From NCBI GenBank assembly GCA_016235455.1, contig JACRKZ010000016.1:1-39276 (forward strand): a stretch of DNA of 39,276 bases, in the 5' to 3' direction. The translations under genes were made by a program, and so were the position numbers. The notes below the pieces were generated by a model. It was not told the DNA's origin. It saw only the letters and a list, made by a program, of their open reading frames with translations, and made no database searches. Position 1 is the stretch's first letter. The number at the start of each line of letters is the position of its first letter. This stretch comes from Armatimonadota bacterium. GTDB lineage: Bacteria > Armatimonadota > UBA10988. Of the stretch, positions 18,465 to 27,588 are shown one piece after another.

Positions 18465-20009
18465 CTAGGGCTCGTTGCTGGCGAGTTCGCGCTGTTCGGT
18501 GATGTACAGCACCTTGTTGATGCCGTCCAGGTAGGCCTTGGTGCTGGCCACCAGGATGTCCGTGTGGCTGCCGTGCCCGCTGGCCTTGATGCCGTCCTTG
18601 TTGACCCTCACGGTCACGCGCGCCATGGCGTCGGTGCCGCCCGAGAGACTCTGCAGGCGATAGTCCTCCAACTCAACCTTGGCGCCCGGCAGCTTGGCGA
18701 TGGCCTTGTAGGCCGCGTCGATGGCGCCGTCACCGGTAGCTGTCTTGGTGACCACGCCACCCACGCTCTTGACCCGCACCGCGGCCATGGGCACGGCATC
18801 GTCGGACATGGAGCTGGCGAACTGGCACCAGACCAGCTCGAAGTGCGCATCGCGCCGGTGGAGCTGTTCGTCGACCAGTTCCAGCAGGTCATCGTCGTGG
18901 ACCGTCTTCTTGCGGTCGGCCACGGCCAGGAAGCGCTGGTAGACCGCGTCCAACTCGCCCTCGGGCAGCGTGTAGCCCAGCTCGCCCAGCCGATGCGCGA
19001 GCGCATGGCGGCCGGAGCGCGCGGTCAGCACGATGCTGCTCGACGGGATGCCCACGTCATGCGGATCGATGATCTCGTAGGTGGTGCGCTCCTTCAGAAC
19101 GCCGTCTTGATGGATGCCCGACGAGTGCGCGAAGGCGTTGGCGCCGACGATGGCCTTATTGGGCTGCACCACGATGCCGGTCAGCCGCGAGACCATGCGG
19201 CTGGTCTTGTAGATCTCCGGCGTATTGATGCGCGTTTCGACGCCGAAGGTGTCACGTCGCGTCTTGAGCGCCATGACCACCTCCTCCAGCGACGTGTTGC
19301 CCGCGCGCTCGCCGATGCCGTTCAGCGTGCACTCCACCTGGCGCGCGCCGTTGCGCACCCCGGCCAGCGAGTTTGCGGTGGCCATGCCCAGGTCGTTGTG
19401 GCAATGGACCGACACGATGGCCCGGTCGATGTTGGGCACGCGGTTCATCACGCCACCGATCAGCGCGCCGTACTCTTCGGGAGTGCTGTAGCCGGTGGTG
19501 TCGGGGATGTTGATGACCGTGGCGCCGGCGTCGATGACGGCCTCGATGACGCGGCACAGGTAGTCCGGGTCGGCCCGGCCGCTGTCTTCCAGGAAGTACT
19601 CGACGTCGTCGACATACTGTCGCGCATGCTTGACCGCGGCGATGCCGCGCTCCATGGCCTGGTCGCGGGTCATCTTGAGCTTGTGCTGCAGGTGGCTGTC
19701 GGAGACACCCAGTCCGGTGTGGATGCGCGGTCGCACGGCACCTTTGAGCGCGTCGGCGGCGACGTCGATGTCCTTGAGCACGGCGCGGGTCAGGCCGCAG
19801 ACGGTGGTGTTGCGGATCACCGCGCAGACCTCCTGCACGGCTTTGAAGTCGCCCGGCGACGAGATGGGGAAGCCCGCCTCGATCACGTCGACACCCAGCC
19901 GTTCGAGCTGCAGCGCGATCTCCAGCTTCTCGGGCTGGCTCAGGCTGGCGCCTGGCGACTGCTCGCCGTCACGCAGCGTGGTGTCGAAGATCTGTACATA
20001 GTCTGCCAT
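18465..20009 (-). CDS. leuA: 2-isopropylmalate synthase
   Basis: '[14 protein letters not shown]', 'HCHNDLGMA', 'GIGERAGN', 'HSSGIHQDG' and C-terminal regulatory domain. ATG 20009 behind GGGAG; the longer ORF-track start runs through the T-box. Confidence 0.96.
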   Translation of the reverse strand: MADYVQIFDTTLRDGEQSPGASLSQPEKLEIALQLERLGVDVIEAGFPISSPGDFKAVQEVCAVIRNTTVCGLTRAVLKDIDVAADALKGAVRPRIHTGLGVSDSHLQHKLKMTRDQAMERGIAAVKHARQYVDDVEYFLEDSGRADPDYLCRVIEAVIDAGATVINIPDTTGYSTPEEYGALIGGVMNRVPNIDRAIVSVHCHNDLGMATANSLAGVRNGARQVECTLNGIGERAGNTSLEEVVMALKTRRDTFGVETRINTPEIYKTSRMVSRLTGIVVQPNKAIVGANAFAHSSGIHQDGVLKERTTYEIIDPHDVGIPSSSIVLTARSGRHALAHRLGELGYTLPEGELDAVYQRFLAVADRKKTVHDDDLLELVDEQLHRRDAHFELVWCQFASSMSDDAVPMAAVRVKSVGGVVTKTATGDGAIDAAYKAIAKLPGAKVELEDYRLQSLSGGTDAMARVTVRVNKDGIKASGHGSHTDILVASTKAYLDGINKVLYITEQRELASNEP

Positions 20010-20040
20010 GGTGTACTCCCTGCTCGCGCCGAGCTGGCCC

Positions 20041-20368
20041 AAAAACGAAAAAGCCTCCATCTCCATCGAGACGGAAGCTCCGCGGTACCACTCGACTTGC
20101 CGCGAGACACACTCCAAGTGTCCGGCGACCAGCTTCTTCCCTACAACAGCCGCCATCTCGCCCCGGGCCAAGGCCGTGCCGATCTGGCTGTTGTGATAAG
20201 GCGACCAGGATAACGGGCGGTCGGCCCGGCTGTGTCTACTGGACCGCGGAGGGTCGTTGGCACAGCGGCTCGGAGGCGAGTTCGGTCGGCTGGCGGCACC
20301 GGGCTCACACCACTCCCCGGCTCGCTGGGCTCGCTGGCAGGACCTACTGGTTCCTCGTCAACGCCTGT
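20041..20368 (-). ncRNA. T-box riboswitch (Leu specifier CUC) with intrinsic terminator, controlling leuA
   Basis: Minus strand: stem I with AGUA, AG bulge, GGUGUGA loop and GAA-CUC specifier (20278-20280); CCGUUA box (20211-20216); T-box AAGUCGAG-UGGUACC-GCGG (20080-20098) pairing with CUCGA; terminator hairpin followed by UUUUUCGUUUUU. Confidence 0.93.
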
Positions 20369-20390
20369 TGCTATCTGCAACTGTGGGGGC

Positions 20391-20419
20391 AGTATAGGAA
20401 CCGGCCCGAGTGCTGTCAA
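20391..20419 (-). promoter_or_regulatory. sigma70 promoter for the T-box-leuA transcript
   Basis: TTGACA (20419-20414), 17 bp, TATACT (20396-20391). Confidence 0.85.
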
Positions 20420-20435
20420 GGACGGCCCCAAAAAG

Positions 20436-20463
20436 TTCCACGCCCCCAGTGCCGTGCTATTCT
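20436..20463 (+). promoter_or_regulatory. Putative extended -10 promoter of the pduS/pduT-like operon
   Basis: TGcTATTCT at 20455-20463, 27 bp before ATG 20491; weak -35 TTCCAC. Confidence 0.5.
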
Positions 20464-20490
20464 CTAGTGCGGAAGCGACGAAGGAGTGCC

Positions 20491-21834
20491 ATGAGCGCGA
20501 TGTCAACCGGCCGCAGTCTGGCCGATCTGGCGCGTGAGGCGGGTGTCGTAGGCGCCGGCGGAGCGGGGTTCCCAACCCACGTCAAGCTGGCCGGCCAGGC
20601 CGACACCGTCATCGCCAACGGCGCCGAGTGCGAGCCGCTGCTGCACAAAGATACTCTCTTGATGACCCACCGCGCCGCGGAGGTCGTGCGGGGCATGGCG
20701 CTGTCCATGGCCGCCGTCGGCGCCCAGCGCGGGCTGCTCGGCATCAAGCGCAAGCGCGAGGAGGCCGTCGAGGCGCTGCGCGCCGCGCTGCCGGCCGACG
20801 GCTCGATCGACCTGCTGCTGCTGGGCGACTTCTATCCGACCGGCGATGAGTACGACCTGGTCTACGCAGCCACGGGCCGGCTCATCCCGCCGGGCGGTAT
20901 CCCGCTCAACGTGGGTGCCGTGGTGCACAACGTCGAGAGCCTGTTGTGGCTGGCCAACGCCGCCGATGGGCTGCCGGTGACCGACAAATGGCTCACCGTG
21001 ACGGGCGCGGTGGCACAACCGCGGACCTTCACCGTGCCCGTAGGCACGCCGTTCTCGGCGCTGCTCGAGTTCTGCGGCGGGGCGACCGTGCCCGACCCGG
21101 TAGCCATGATCGGTGGCGCCATGATGGGTCGCATCAGCGACGATTTCGACCAGCCGGTGACCAAGACCACGGGCGGGCTGATCATCCTGGACCGCTCGCA
21201 CCCGCTGATCGTGCGCAAGACGCTGCCCATCGAGAGCAAACGGCGTATCGGCAAGTCGGCCTGCGACCAGTGCAGCTACTGCACGGAGCTGTGCCCGCGC
21301 TACCTGCTGGGCTACGACGTGCAGCCGCACAAGGTCATGCGCAGCCTGGGCTTCTTGTCGACCGGCTCGGCCATTCAGAACCAGTGGGGTCAGATGTGCT
21401 GCGCGTGTGGCGTCTGTACGCTCTACTCGTGCCCCGAAAGCCTGTTCCCCAAGGAAGCCTGTGACGACGCCAAGGTCGCGCTGCGCGAGGCGGGCATCAA
21501 GTGGTCGGGCACCGGGCGCGAACAGAAGGCCCATGCCAACTACGAGCATCGGCGTCTGCCCGTGAAGAAGCTGGTCAAGAAGCTGGGCCTGTATGACTAC
21601 GACCAGCCGGCGCCGTTCAGTCCCGAGCAGCCGAGCGCGGTGCGCTATGGCTATCCGCTGAGCCAGCATGTGGGCGCGCCGGCGGAGGCACAGGTGGCGG
21701 TGGGCGATGTGGTTCGGCGCGGCCAGGTGCTCGGCGAGTTGCCCGAAGGCAAGTTGAGCGCGCGGGTCCACTGCGGCGTGGATGGCGTGGTGGTCGAGGT
21801 GGGTGCTACGGTGTCAGTGGAGCGGCGGTCATGA
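20491..21834 (+). CDS. pduS: PduS-like (RnfC-related) FMN / 2x[4Fe-4S] oxidoreductase
   Basis: 'GVVGAGGAGFPT', 'ANGAECEP', SLBB region, 'CDQCSYCTELCP', 'CCACGVCTLYSCP'. The RnfC N-terminal barrel-sandwich motif 'PLSQHVGAPA' sits at the C-terminus as in PduS. RBS AAGGAG before 20491. Confidence 0.88.
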   Translation: MSAMSTGRSLADLAREAGVVGAGGAGFPTHVKLAGQADTVIANGAECEPLLHKDTLLMTHRAAEVVRGMALSMAAVGAQRGLLGIKRKREEAVEALRAALPADGSIDLLLLGDFYPTGDEYDLVYAATGRLIPPGGIPLNVGAVVHNVESLLWLANAADGLPVTDKWLTVTGAVAQPRTFTVPVGTPFSALLEFCGGATVPDPVAMIGGAMMGRISDDFDQPVTKTTGGLIILDRSHPLIVRKTLPIESKRRIGKSACDQCSYCTELCPRYLLGYDVQPHKVMRSLGFLSTGSAIQNQWGQMCCACGVCTLYSCPESLFPKEACDDAKVALREAGIKWSGTGREQKAHANYEHRRLPVKKLVKKLGLYDYDQPAPFSPEQPSAVRYGYPLSQHVGAPAEAQVAVGDVVRRGQVLGELPEGKLSARVHCGVDGVVVEVGATVSVERRS

Positions 21835-22382
21835 GTGAGAAATCGATTGGTCTGTTGGAGCTGACCAGCGTGGCAACGGGCTTTCAGGCGCTGGACGCCA
21901 TGCTCAAGACGGCCAACGTGGAAGTCGTGCTGGCCCGCAGCATCTGCTCGGGCAAGTACCTGATCATCGTCGCCGGCGATGTGGGCAGCGTGCGCGCGGC
22001 GGTAGGTGCCGGCGCGCACCTGGAGCCTCTGTCGGTGGTCAACTCCGAGCTCATCGCGCGTGTGCACGAGAAGGTCTTCCCGGCGCTGGGCGGCGCCACC
22101 GTGCCCAAGCTGCGCGGCGCGTTCGGCTGTGTGGAGTCGTTCTCGGTGGTCACCGGCATCAAGGTGGCCGACGCGGTGTGCAAGGCTGCCGATGTCGACC
22201 TGATCGAGCTGCGCGCGGCCATGGCGCTGGGCGGCAAGAGCTTCGTCACGTTCACCGGCGACGTGGGCGCCGTGAACGCGGCGGTGGAGGCCGGCAAGGC
22301 CGTGGCGGGCGAAGAGGGCCTGCTGGTCAACGCCGTGGTGATCGCCGGGCCGCATCCGGAGTTGGTGGCGGAGATCATCTAG
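21831..22382 (+). CDS. pduT: PduT-like tandem-domain bacterial microcompartment shell protein (BMC-T)
   Basis: 'SIGLLELTSVATGFQALDAMLKTANV...SICSGKY' matches the PduT N-terminus; second BMC domain 'GIKVADAVCKAADV...LGGKSFVTFTGDVGAVNAAV'; pore Cys39 retained; ATGA overlap with pduS. Confidence 0.92.
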   Translation: MSEKSIGLLELTSVATGFQALDAMLKTANVEVVLARSICSGKYLIIVAGDVGSVRAAVGAGAHLEPLSVVNSELIARVHEKVFPALGGATVPKLRGAFGCVESFSVVTGIKVADAVCKAADVDLIELRAAMALGGKSFVTFTGDVGAVNAAVEAGKAVAGEEGLLVNAVVIAGPHPELVAEII

Positions 22383-22385
22383 ACC

Positions 22386-23120
22386 ATGGCCAAACTCCTC
22401 GCCGGCCACACCGGGTCCAACTTCCACCGCCTGCTGCGCATCCTGACCGCGACCGCTCTGGTCGTGGCCCTGCCTGGCTTGGCGCTGGCCTTCTGGCGCG
22501 CCTTGTCGGCGCTGCCGACACGCCCCGCCTTTGCGCTGACGCTGGCCGGCTTCGTGGTCGGCATCGCCTTCGGTCGCATCGTGCTGCGCTGGCTGCCCAC
22601 GCTGTCCATCGCCGAGCATGAGTTCACGCATCTGCTCGCGGGCCTGCCGTTCCTCTGCCTGCCGACCAAGTTCGTGGTGCGACGCTCGGGCGGGCTGGCC
22701 AGCCATCGCGCCACGCCGCTACCGTATGTGGGCCCGTTGGTGGAGGACTTCATCACCCTCGCCCCCTACGTCTGCCCCACGCTGAGCCTGATCGCGGCGC
22801 CCTTCGCCGGCCCGGCCGCCGGCGCGCCGGTGATGGCGCTGCTGGGCGTGACACTGGGCTACCATGCCTCGACCACATGGGCCGAGATGCTGGTCAACTG
22901 GACCGGCCGTCGGCTGGAGCGCGCCGACCGGCGCGGTGAGATTCGCTCCGACATCGCGCAGGTGGGCTTCGGGTTCAGCCTGGTCTACATTCCTGCCGTC
23001 TCGCTGGCGCTGCACGGCATCGTGTTGGCCGTCGCCCTCAACGGTCTGGTCGGGCTCAACGCCTGGGCCGGCTTTGTCGCCCGCGGAGTGAGCGGGTTCT
23101 GGCTGGGCGCCCTGAAGTGA
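22386..23120 (+). CDS. M50/M50B-like membrane zinc metallopeptidase
   Basis: Several hydrophobic segments, HExxH ('EHEFTH'), 'ITLAPY' motif and downstream 'SD' third-ligand candidate. Confidence 0.7.
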   Translation: MAKLLAGHTGSNFHRLLRILTATALVVALPGLALAFWRALSALPTRPAFALTLAGFVVGIAFGRIVLRWLPTLSIAEHEFTHLLAGLPFLCLPTKFVVRRSGGLASHRATPLPYVGPLVEDFITLAPYVCPTLSLIAAPFAGPAAGAPVMALLGVTLGYHASTTWAEMLVNWTGRRLERADRRGEIRSDIAQVGFGFSLVYIPAVSLALHGIVLAVALNGLVGLNAWAGFVARGVSGFWLGALK

Positions 23121-24565
23121 CCACCTACGACCTGGTGGTGGTCGGCGGTGGCGCGGGCGGCTTCGGCGCGGCACTGGCTGGGTCGCGACTGGGGCTGCGC
23201 ACGCTGCTGGTCGAGAAGGCGCCGCGGCTGGGCGGCACGGCGGTATGGGGTGGGGTCAACTCCTGGGAGATGTGCGCCGGCGCCACCGGCGTGCCGTTCG
23301 ACCTGTACTGTCGCATGGCCCGGCGACCGCACGCCATCGGCGTCACCACACTGGGCCGCCATTTGACCTACTACCGTGCCGATCGCGAGCCCTACCGCTA
23401 CCCCGGGGCAGAATGGCTGATCGATCGCGCGCGCACCTACGCCGATAGCCTGCACCGCTGCGGCACCCGCGGCATGGCGGCAGACGAGGCCAAGGTGCGG
23501 GCGCAATGGCACGGGGTGAGCTTCGAGCCGGAGACAATGGCCGAAGTGATGGCCGCCATGCTGGCCGAAGCCGGATGCACGGTGCGATTGGGCGTCGGTT
23601 TCGCCGATGCAGCGCACTTGGCCGGCCACATTCAGGCGCTCGGACTGACTGACGGAGCGATGGTGACCGCCAGGACCGTGGTTGATGCCACAGCCGACGA
23701 CGTGGTGTGCCGCGCCGTGGGCTGCGAGGTGCTCATCGGGCGTGACGACAAGGCCGCCTGGGCCGAGCAGGGCGCGCCGGAGACGGCGACCGACGAACTC
23801 AACGGCGTATCGCAGTTGTTCCGCGTCACGCGCTCCGCGGACGACATGATCGAGCCCCTGCCGGCCGGTGTCGACGCCAAGTGCTGGTGGCGCGCCGGGT
23901 TCCCTGCCGTGCATGTGGTGCAGTACCCCAACGGCGACCTGAGCCTGAACATGCTGCCCACGATGGAGGGCCGCGAGTGGTACCGGCTCGGCGCGCGCGC
24001 CGCGGCGGCGGAGTGCCAGCGGCGCGTGTGGGCCCAGTGGCACTGGCTGCAGAGTAGTTGCGCCGAGTTCCGCGGCTTCCTGATGAGCTGGATCGCGCCG
24101 GCCCTGGGTGTCCGCGAGAGCTACCGCATCCGCGCCGAGTACCAGCTCACCGAGGCCGACCTGCGCGCCGGGCTCAGCCGTCAGCAGCACGAGGACATCA
24201 TCGCCATGGCCGACCATCCGCCAGACACTCACGGTGTCAGCGCGGGGGGCATCGGTGAACTGCGGGAACCCTATGGCGTGCCTTACCGCTGCCTGGTGCC
24301 GCGCGGCTGGCGCAACCTGCTGGTGGCTTCGCGGGGAGCTGGGTTCAGCACCATCGCGGCCAGCAGTTGCCGGCTCACGCGGGCCATGATGCAGCTCGGT
24401 CAGGCGGCCGGCACGGCGGCCTGGGTGGCGGCGCAGACCAACCACGACGCGGCAGCATGCCCGACCGCCGCCTTGCGCGAGCGGCTCAGGCATGATGGCG
24501 TGCAGCTCGAATGGCCGCCCAGCGACGCGCTGCGGGCGCGGATGGCAGTCCCTGCCGGCCCATAG
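23117..24565 (+). CDS. FAD-dependent oxidoreductase (FAD_oxidored type)
   Basis: 'YDLVVVGGGAGGFGAA', 'VEK...LGG', 'VDATAD', 'GVRESYRI', 'YGVPYRCLVP', 'GQAAGTAA'; GTGA overlap with the upstream gene. Confidence 0.88.
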   Translation: MTTYDLVVVGGGAGGFGAALAGSRLGLRTLLVEKAPRLGGTAVWGGVNSWEMCAGATGVPFDLYCRMARRPHAIGVTTLGRHLTYYRADREPYRYPGAEWLIDRARTYADSLHRCGTRGMAADEAKVRAQWHGVSFEPETMAEVMAAMLAEAGCTVRLGVGFADAAHLAGHIQALGLTDGAMVTARTVVDATADDVVCRAVGCEVLIGRDDKAAWAEQGAPETATDELNGVSQLFRVTRSADDMIEPLPAGVDAKCWWRAGFPAVHVVQYPNGDLSLNMLPTMEGREWYRLGARAAAAECQRRVWAQWHWLQSSCAEFRGFLMSWIAPALGVRESYRIRAEYQLTEADLRAGLSRQQHEDIIAMADHPPDTHGVSAGGIGELREPYGVPYRCLVPRGWRNLLVASRGAGFSTIAASSCRLTRAMMQLGQAAGTAAWVAAQTNHDAAACPTAALRERLRHDGVQLEWPPSDALRARMAVPAGP

Positions 24566-24582
24566 TCGACCGGCCCAACGCA

Positions 24583-24616
24583 GCACGGGCCGGTCGCCGA
24601 AGCGACCGGCCCGTGC
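24583..24616. terminator. GC-rich hairpin between convergent genes
   Basis: GCACGGGCCGGTCGC-cgaa-GCGACCGGCCCGTGC, perfect 15-bp stem; no U-tract. Confidence 0.7.
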
Positions 24617-24637
24617 CGACAGTAGGCGAGGCTGAGA

Positions 24638-25588
24638 TCAGCCCTTGAGCGCCGCGCGAACGGCGTCGAGCTGGCCCGCGCTGCCGAGCTTGACATTCTT
24701 CTTGGCGATGAACTCGGCGTAGACCGGCATGAAGACCTTGCCGGGGTCGCGCAGGTCGAACTTCTCGGGGAAGTCGCGGAAGAACTCGCGGTGCACGCGG
24801 CACCAGACCAGGCGGCCGTCGGTGTCGATGTTGACCTTGGTCACGCCCAGCGTGGCAGCCTTGGCGAACTGGTTCTCATCGACGCCCTTGGCGCCCTTGA
24901 GGTCGCCGCCGGCGGCGTTGATGCGGGCCACTTCTTCCTGCGGCACGGAGCTGGAGCCGTGCATGACCAGCGGGAAGCCGGGGCAGCGCTTCTGGATGTC
25001 TTCGATGACTTCGAAGTGCAGGCCCTGGGTGCCACTGAACTTGAACGCGCCGTGGCTGGTGCCGATGGCGCAGGCCAGCGAGTCGCAGCCGCTGCGGGCG
25101 ATGAACTCCGCGGCCTCGGCGGGGTTGGTCAGCTTGGCGTCGGCCTCGGAGACACTGACGTGCTCTTCCACACCACCCAGCTTGCCCAGCTCGGCCTCGA
25201 CGCTGATGCCCTTGGCATGGGCCGCATCGACCACCCGCTTGGTGATGGCGATGTTGTCCTCGAAGGACTCGGCGCTGGCGTCGATCATCACGCTCGAGTA
25301 GAACCCGCTCTCGATGCAGTCGTAGCAGGTTTGCTCATCGCCGTGGTCGAGGTGAACCGCGAAGATGGCGTCGGGGAAGACGTCGTCGGCCGCGCGGATC
25401 ATGCCTTCGAGCATGGCCTTGTGCGTATACGAGCGGGCGCCCTTGCTGATCTGGATGATGAACGGCGCCTTGCTGTCCAGGTTGCCCTGGAACAGGCCCA
25501 TGGTCTGCTCCAGGTTGTTGATGTTGTACGCGCCGATCGCATACTTGCCGTACGCCTGCTTGAACAGGTCGGCGGTGGTCACAATCAT
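24638..25588 (-). CDS. fba: Class II fructose-1,6-bisphosphate aldolase
   Basis: 'VHLDHG', 'SSVMIDAS', 'VEAELG', 'AIGTSHGAFK', 'LVMHGSS', 'KVNIDTD'. Confidence 0.95.
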   Translation of the reverse strand: MIVTTADLFKQAYGKYAIGAYNINNLEQTMGLFQGNLDSKAPFIIQISKGARSYTHKAMLEGMIRAADDVFPDAIFAVHLDHGDEQTCYDCIESGFYSSVMIDASAESFEDNIAITKRVVDAAHAKGISVEAELGKLGGVEEHVSVSEADAKLTNPAEAAEFIARSGCDSLACAIGTSHGAFKFSGTQGLHFEVIEDIQKRCPGFPLVMHGSSSVPQEEVARINAAGGDLKGAKGVDENQFAKAATLGVTKVNIDTDGRLVWCRVHREFFRDFPEKFDLRDPGKVFMPVYAEFIAKKNVKLGSAGQLDAVRAALKG

Positions 25589-25715
25589 CGTCGATGTCCT
25601 TCCTTACGGTATCCGGCCACGCCGGAACCACGACCCGTGGGGTAGGTTACGGCGATTGCACTCGTTGGTAGGTTTGCCGTCATTCTACACCAGATCGCGG
25701 CAGATCGACCCAAGA

Positions 25716-27476
25716 TCAGCGCTCGATGGCCGCGCGACGTCGCTGTGCGGCACGAACACGCGTCAGATCGTATTTGGCCGAGCGGTCGAACAGGTAGATA
25801 CCATTCTGCTCCTGGAAGACATCGGTGAGCTGTGTGTAGCAGTAGCCGAACATGTGAACATCGTCCAGCAGCGCCGCCACCAGGCCCTCGAAGCGCGTGT
25901 AGAACTCCTCCAGGCTCTTGGGCCGCTCGCCATAGCCCCAGGAGTCCTCGCCTTCCTTGGCCGCCGGGTTCCACCAGATGCCGCCGAACTCGCTGACGAA
26001 GTACGGCTGGCCCTGATAGGGCAGTGACCAGGGCTTGTCCTCGGGTCCGTTCACATACGGCTTGTCCTCGGCCAAGCCCGCGTGGCGCTGGGCGAACGTC
26101 TCGGGGTTCTGGTCGTAGTCGTGCGAGTCGTAGATGTCCGTGCAGCCCATGCGATGGCTGTAGCCCGAGGTGTCCAGCACCGGGCGCGTGCCGTCGATCA
26201 GCTTGGCGGCGTGCCACATGGCCTTGGTCAGATCGTCGAGCCCCTGGATGCCGTCGGTAATCGACTGCGCCGTCTCATTAAGCCCGCACCAGCCAACGAT
26301 GCTCGGGTGCGACTGGTCGCGCTGCAGTTCCTCGATCCACTCGCCCACATAGGCGGCCGAGGGATTGTTGCGATCGACGCCCCAGTCGGGGAACTCGCCC
26401 CACACCAGGTAGCCCAGCTTGTCAGCCCAGAACAGGAAGCGCTCCTCGAAGATCTTCTGGTGCAGGCGCGCGCCATTGAAGCCCGCGGCGATGGACAGCA
26501 GGATGTCGTTCTTCAGGGCCTCGTCGCTGGGCGCGGTGAGGATGCCGTCGGCATAGTAGCCCTGGTCGAGCACCAGTCGCTGGAAGACCGGCTGGCCGTT
26601 GAGCAGGACCGCCTTGCCGCGGATGGCCACCGAGCGCAGACCGGCGTAGCTCAGCACGCGATCCACGATCTGGCCGTCCTCGTCCTCGAGTTCGATGGTC
26701 AGGCCATAGAGGAACGGATCGGCGGGACCCCACAGGCGGCGCTTGTCGGCGGGCACCGGCAGGTCGAGCATCGGCGCCATGTCGCCGACGACCACTTCGG
26801 CGCTGGCCACGATGCCTTCTTCATAGAGCAGCACCGCGCGGACCTTCATGCCCGCGCGCGCGCCGGTCAGCGGCTGGGTCAGGCGGAACACGCTGTTGGG
26901 CACGTCAGGCACGATCCTGGGTCGCCCGAGCGAGGACTTGGCCACCGGCTCCAGCCACACGCTCTGCCAGATACCCGTGGTACGAGTGTAGTGGCAGCCG
27001 TGGTTGTCATAGAGCGACGACTGTTTGCCCAACGGCTTGGGCGTGCGGTGGTTGTCGCGGGCGCGCACGACGATGGTCGCCGTCTCGCCTGGCGCGGCCG
27101 CGCCGTCCAGGTCGCAGGTGAACGGCACGCCGCCGCCGCGATGCCTCGCGACCTCCTTGCCGTTGACCCAGACCGTGGCGTCGTAGTCGACCGCCTGGAA
27201 GTGAAGCAGCACTTTCCGGCCCGCCCAGGCGGCGGGCAGCGCCACCTCGCGGCGGTACCAGACCGCACTGAGGAAGTCGACATGGCCGTGGCCGGACAGC
27301 GTCGACTCCGGGCAGAAGGGCACGGTGATGCTGCTATTGAGTTCCCGGCCCAACAGCCCGCGCTCGCGGCCGGTGTCGGCGTGGTCGAACTCGAACTGCC
27401 AGGTGCCGTTGAGGCACAGCCAATCGCTGCGCACCATCTGCGGTCGTGGGTACTCGGCTCGCGGCTGGTCGGACAT
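25716..27476 (-). CDS. Glycoside hydrolase family 2 (beta-galactosidase/glucuronidase-like), no signal peptide
   Basis: 'PRAEYPRPQ...LNGTWQF', 'LHFQAVDY', 'TGIWQSVWLE', 'LDQGYY.DG', acid/base 'NE', nucleophile 'SEFGG', 'GYCYTQLTDV.QE.NG'; RBS AGAGGAG before ATG 27476. Confidence 0.9.
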   Translation of the reverse strand: MSDQPRAEYPRPQMVRSDWLCLNGTWQFEFDHADTGRERGLLGRELNSSITVPFCPESTLSGHGHVDFLSAVWYRREVALPAAWAGRKVLLHFQAVDYDATVWVNGKEVARHRGGGVPFTCDLDGAAAPGETATIVVRARDNHRTPKPLGKQSSLYDNHGCHYTRTTGIWQSVWLEPVAKSSLGRPRIVPDVPNSVFRLTQPLTGARAGMKVRAVLLYEEGIVASAEVVVGDMAPMLDLPVPADKRRLWGPADPFLYGLTIELEDEDGQIVDRVLSYAGLRSVAIRGKAVLLNGQPVFQRLVLDQGYYADGILTAPSDEALKNDILLSIAAGFNGARLHQKIFEERFLFWADKLGYLVWGEFPDWGVDRNNPSAAYVGEWIEELQRDQSHPSIVGWCGLNETAQSITDGIQGLDDLTKAMWHAAKLIDGTRPVLDTSGYSHRMGCTDIYDSHDYDQNPETFAQRHAGLAEDKPYVNGPEDKPWSLPYQGQPYFVSEFGGIWWNPAAKEGEDSWGYGERPKSLEEFYTRFEGLVAALLDDVHMFGYCYTQLTDVFQEQNGIYLFDRSAKYDLTRVRAAQRRRAAIER

Positions 27477-27588
27477 GCTGGGGCTCCTCTGTTGGTTGAC
27501 GATAAGGTAATCGGTTGGGCCGCGCTCGGCCATGACAAAAAGCGTTGCGCCCTTGCCCAAGCGGTTTGTGCTCTGGCGCGCTGACGCG

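Noticed and set aside
20010-20171. ORF-track N-terminal extensions of leuA (also sigma, pduS, GH2, beta-helix protein, epimerase, tig)
   Set aside because: The extensions run through the T-box, promoters or neighbouring genes; downstream starts have clear RBSs and match family N-termini.
20491-21834. Rnf electron-transport complex (rnfC)
   Set aside because: No rnfDGEAB membrane subunits are present; the domain order and the adjacent BMC-T gene indicate PduS.
23117-25588. BMC encapsulation peptides on the FAD oxidoreductase or aldolase
   Set aside because: No linker-separated amphipathic terminal extension is evident; fba is convergent and of ordinary glycolytic length.
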